Part shown: in pieces, positions 58,822 through 61,829 of the stretch
Position numbering within the stretch: position 1 is the stretch's first letter
Layout of the letters: every line of letters starts with the position of its first letter
From: Candidatus Kaelpia aquatica
Lineage (GTDB): Bacteria; Omnitrophota; Gorgyraeia; Kaelpiales; Kaelpiaceae
Reading direction: 5' to 3'
NCBI GenBank assembly: GCA_030765335.1
Contig: JAVCCU010000016.1
Span: 1-61,829, forward strand
Length of the DNA: 61,829 nt
Notes under the pieces: model-generated
The model's input: only the letters and a program-made list of their open reading frames with translations
Told to the model about the DNA's origin: nothing
Database searches by the model: none
Program-made: the position numbers and the translations under genes

Positions 58822-58822
58822 A

Positions 58823-59638
58823 CTATTTTCTCCTTTTTACAATAAATTTATTAGACTGCTTATTCTTATCACGTGTCCTAAGACCCTTAGACGGCCATCC
58901 CCACGGAGAGCACGACGGCCTACCACCGGATGTATCACCACCCATAGGATGGTCTACCGGGTTCATCGCTACACCCCTAACCTTAGGTCTCTTTCCAAGC
59001 CATCTATTTCTTCCTGCTTTACCAATTGATATGTTCATATGATCAGAATTTGCTACCTGACCTATAGTCGCATAGCATTTAATGCCTATCCGCCTAACTT
59101 CACCTGAAGGCATCTTTATATGTGCAAAATCACCCTCTTTTGCCATAACTTGTGCCCAGCATCCGGCAGAGCGTACAATCTGAGCTCCCTTGCCTTCGGC
59201 TAGCTCTAAATTATGAATAGATATCCCACTAGGGATATTCTTAATAGGCATAGAGTTGCCGGGTTTTATTTCAGCGCTCTCAGAAGAGATAACAGTATCG
59301 CCTACTTTTAAACCCAAAGGCCAGAGAATATATCTTCTCTCCTTATCTGTATATTCTAATAACGCAATTCTAGCGCTTCTATTAGGATCATACTCAATCG
59401 CTATTACCGTTGCCTCCATATCTCGCTTATCTCTTTTAAAATCAATTCTTCTATAACGCCTCTTAACTCCGCCGCCACGTCTACGTACCGTGATATGGCC
59501 ATGATTATTCCTACCAGCTTTCTCGCTTAAAGGCTCGAGAAGAGATTTCTCAGGACTCTTCTTTGTTATCTCCTTAAAATCAGAGTAACTCTGAAACCTC
59601 AATGATGGAGTTAATGGTCTTCTCTTTTTAATAGCCAT
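58823..59638 (-). CDS. rplB: 50S ribosomal protein L2
   Basis: [26 protein letters not shown]. Confidence 0.98.
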   Translation of the reverse strand: MAIKKRRPLTPSLRFQSYSDFKEITKKSPEKSLLEPLSEKAGRNNHGHITVRRRGGGVKRRYRRIDFKRDKRDMEATVIAIEYDPNRSARIALLEYTDKERRYILWPLGLKVGDTVISSESAEIKPGNSMPIKNIPSGISIHNLELAEGKGAQIVRSAGCWAQVMAKEGDFAHIKMPSGEVRRIGIKCYATIGQVANSDHMNISIGKAGRNRWLGKRPKVRGVAMNPVDHPMGGDTSGGRPSCSPWGWPSKGLRTRDKNKQSNKFIVKRRK

Positions 59639-59645
59639 AATTATC

Positions 59646-59918
59646 TCATTCTATCGTATAGCCCTTAACCAGGGTTACTATTGCTTTTTTGCCGCTGGAA
59701 GTCTTGCCGGGTTCAGTCCATTTCAATCTTCTTGGTTTCGGAACTATCCTAACCGTAGCAACAGACTCAACCTTTACTTTGTAGATCTTCTCAACAGCCT
59801 TCTTAATATCTATTTTATTAGCTCTCTTATCAACCTCTATAGTGTATTTGTTGTACTGAGCGAGCATAGAACCCTTCTCTGTTGTCAGCAATCTCTTTAT
59901 CACTTTAAACTCATTCAT
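59646..59918 (-). CDS. rplW: 50S ribosomal protein L23
   Basis: [20 protein letters not shown]. Confidence 0.95.
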   Translation of the reverse strand: MNEFKVIKRLLTTEKGSMLAQYNKYTIEVDKRANKIDIKKAVEKIYKVKVESVATVRIVPKPRRLKWTEPGKTSSGKKAIVTLVKGYTIE

Positions 59919-60559
59919 TTTTTCTTTATCCTCTCACCAACTACACTTAAAGCCTCTTTAGATAGAACTATTTTTTTACAATTTAAAACATCGTAAGCAT
60001 TTAAGTTGATAGATTTTTTCACAAAGACACCCTCTATGTTCCTAGAAGATAAGTACAGATTATCTGATACATTTTCCGATACGAAAAGAGTCTTGAGCTT
60101 ATCTAATTTTAAATCTTTAACTATCTTTACAAAACTGCTGGTTTTAGGTTCATCCATCTGGAAATCTTCTATTAAAATCAACTCTTGATCTAGCAGTTTA
60201 GCGTTGAGTGAGGACTTCAAAGCTTCTATCTTCATTTTCTTAGGAATCCTCACAGAGTAATCTCTCATCCTAGGACCAAATACAGTTCCACCGCCCCTCC
60301 AGATGGGAGATCTATTACTACCGACTCTGGCACGTCCGGTACCTTTCTGCTTCCAAGGCTTACGGCCGCCGCCGCTTACTTCTCCTTTGGTTTTAGTCGA
60401 AGCTGTACCCTGTCTTTTATTTGCAAGGTAAGATGTTATAACCTGATGTAAGAGTTCTTTATTTACGCTGCCATCAAAAACATCCTTATCCAACTCAAAA
60501 TCGGCAACCTTATCTCCGGAGATATTAAGAATATCTATTGTGTAATCAATCTTCTTCAT
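59915..60559 (-). CDS. rplD: 50S ribosomal protein L4
   Basis: RQGT..TK, KPWKQKGTGRAR. Confidence 0.98.
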   Translation of the reverse strand: MKKIDYTIDILNISGDKVADFELDKDVFDGSVNKELLHQVITSYLANKRQGTASTKTKGEVSGGGRKPWKQKGTGRARVGSNRSPIWRGGGTVFGPRMRDYSVRIPKKMKIEALKSSLNAKLLDQELILIEDFQMDEPKTSSFVKIVKDLKLDKLKTLFVSENVSDNLYLSSRNIEGVFVKKSINLNAYDVLNCKKIVLSKEALSVVGERIKKK

Positions 60560-61385
60560 TATCTTTTTTTAAATCCTCGGGTTCTGACTTTATTACCTCT
60601 ATTCTATCTGCTTCTTCCTTCTTATTATTATCTATAGCATCTTCTTCTTTCTCTACTTTTTCTTCAGTAGATACTTTGACATCCTCAACGACCTCTTCTT
60701 TAGCTTCTTCTTGTTCTTCAGGTTTAAAGAGCTCGGCGTTTTTCTTCTTGGCGCTTTTTAATATAACCATAGAGTTCCTGGCCCCGGGTATACCACCTTT
60801 AAGCAGAATAAGATTATTCTCAAAATCTAAATCTATGATCTCAATATTTTGGACCGTTACCTTATCATCACCCATATGGCCTGCCATATGCAATCCTCTA
60901 AAAACACGAGATGGATCTGAGCTCTGCCCTATAGAACCAATGGCTCTATGCGATCTGCTGCCGTGGGATTTAGGACCAATACTCCACCCCCAGCGCTTCA
61001 CACCACCCTGAAAACCCTTACCCTTAGAGCGTGATGTGACATCTAAAAATTCACCTTGTTTGAAAATGTTGATCTTTAACTCCTCTCCTACCTTATAATG
61101 ATCTAACGCAGAACTATCCTCTATCCTTATCTCGCGCATCTCCTTTAAAGGCTCTATCTTCAACTTATTAAACTCACCCAAACGAGGCTTGGTCAATGTT
61201 CTCTTTTTCGGCTTAACTTTCCCATAGCCTAGCTTTATAGCATCATAACCATCGGTATCTTTTTTCTTTATAGCCATGACATAGCAAGGACCTGCAGAGA
61301 CAACTGTAACAGGTATAACCCTATTCTCTTTAAAAATCTGCGTCATTCCTATTTTTTTACCTAATAAACCTTTTATCGCAGTCAT
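60546..61385 (-). CDS. rplC: 50S ribosomal protein L3 with an acidic C-terminal extension
   Basis: KIGMTQ, KGKGFQG, MAGHMG; 279 aa. Confidence 0.97.
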   Translation of the reverse strand: MTAIKGLLGKKIGMTQIFKENRVIPVTVVSAGPCYVMAIKKKDTDGYDAIKLGYGKVKPKKRTLTKPRLGEFNKLKIEPLKEMREIRIEDSSALDHYKVGEELKINIFKQGEFLDVTSRSKGKGFQGGVKRWGWSIGPKSHGSRSHRAIGSIGQSSDPSRVFRGLHMAGHMGDDKVTVQNIEIIDLDFENNLILLKGGIPGARNSMVILKSAKKKNAELFKPEEQEEAKEEVVEDVKVSTEEKVEKEEDAIDNNKKEEADRIEVIKSEPEDLKKDNEED

Positions 61386-61386
61386 A

Positions 61387-61701
61387 TTACTTTATCTCCA
61401 CATGTACTCCTGCAGGAAGATTTAATTTCCTTAAGGCATCAATAGTTTTAGCTGTCGGCTCCAACATCTCAATCAATCTCTTATGTGTGCAGAGCTGAAA
61501 CTGCTCTCTAGATCTCTTGAAGACATGAGGAGACCTTATAACAGTAAATATCTCTTTGCGAGTAGGCAATGGTATCGGACCTGAAATCTTCGCACCTGTT
61601 CGCTTTGCAGTATTGACTATCTGCTCTGCAGACTGATCTATCAATTTGTAGTCGTAAGACTTCAACTTTATTCTTATTTTCATTTTGCTTTCTTTAGCCA
61701 T
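61387..61701 (-). CDS. rpsJ: 30S ribosomal protein S10
   Basis: [20 protein letters not shown]. Confidence 0.98.
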   Translation of the reverse strand: MAKESKMKIRIKLKSYDYKLIDQSAEQIVNTAKRTGAKISGPIPLPTRKEIFTVIRSPHVFKRSREQFQLCTHKRLIEMLEPTAKTIDALRKLNLPAGVHVEIK

Positions 61702-61703
61702 AT

Positions 61704-61829
61704 CTATTCTATGATCTCAGAAACAACCCCAGCACCTACCGTTCTACCGCCTTCACGGATAGCAAAACGTAATTCTTTCTCAAGTGCTACGGGTTTGATT
61801 AACTCTATTACAAATTCAACATTATCACC
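61704..61829 (-). CDS. tuf: Elongation factor Tu, C-terminal 41 aa (partial)
   Basis: Hand translation: [41 protein letters not shown]. Confidence 0.97.
   Translation of the reverse strand, partial: GDNVEFVIELIKPVALEKELRFAIREGGRTVGAGVVSEIIE

Overview
Low-GC bacterial chromosome window. Every convincing gene except rpmB is on the minus strand. In transcription order (right to left) it holds: the 3' end of tuf; the S10-spc-alpha ribosomal protein superoperon (rpmD/L30 absent; rpmJ present but missed by the ORF track); a housekeeping run (aminotransferase, LeuC/HacA large subunit, two pilin-like genes, guaB3, guaA, dnaE, tgt, yajC, secDF, PIG-L deacetylase, recJ, rpmB on +, recG, purF-like, hup); signalling and transport genes (TrkA-C, PilZ, a receiver-domain remnant, MATE); gpmA, an HI0933 flavoprotein, maf, a candidate structured RNA and a GIY-YIG gene; an APC-EIIA fusion plus gamma-carbonic anhydrase; an Rrf2-led O2/NO defence cluster of an anaerobe (hcp, FprA, rubrerythrin, SOR, an unannotated rubredoxin, FNR); a DUF134-led arsenic/organoarsenical cluster; a two-domain ThyX; and two large exported proteins at the left end. 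The gene content fits an anaerobic PVC-group organism, most likely Omnitrophota-like (inference only). Best novelty candidates: (1) two adjacent exported proteins share an N-terminal module (signal peptide, then SLRR, then an [DE]-I-x3-[IL]-E-E helix) fused to unrelated cytoplasmic-type enzyme domains (MidA-like methyltransferase; possible kinase-like fold), which suggests an undescribed effector export tag; (2) ribosomal protein L17 has a long charged tail ending in a MinD-like amphipathic helix. No CRISPR array, IS element, integrase, rRNA or tRNA was found. All calls come from motif reading, not database searches.
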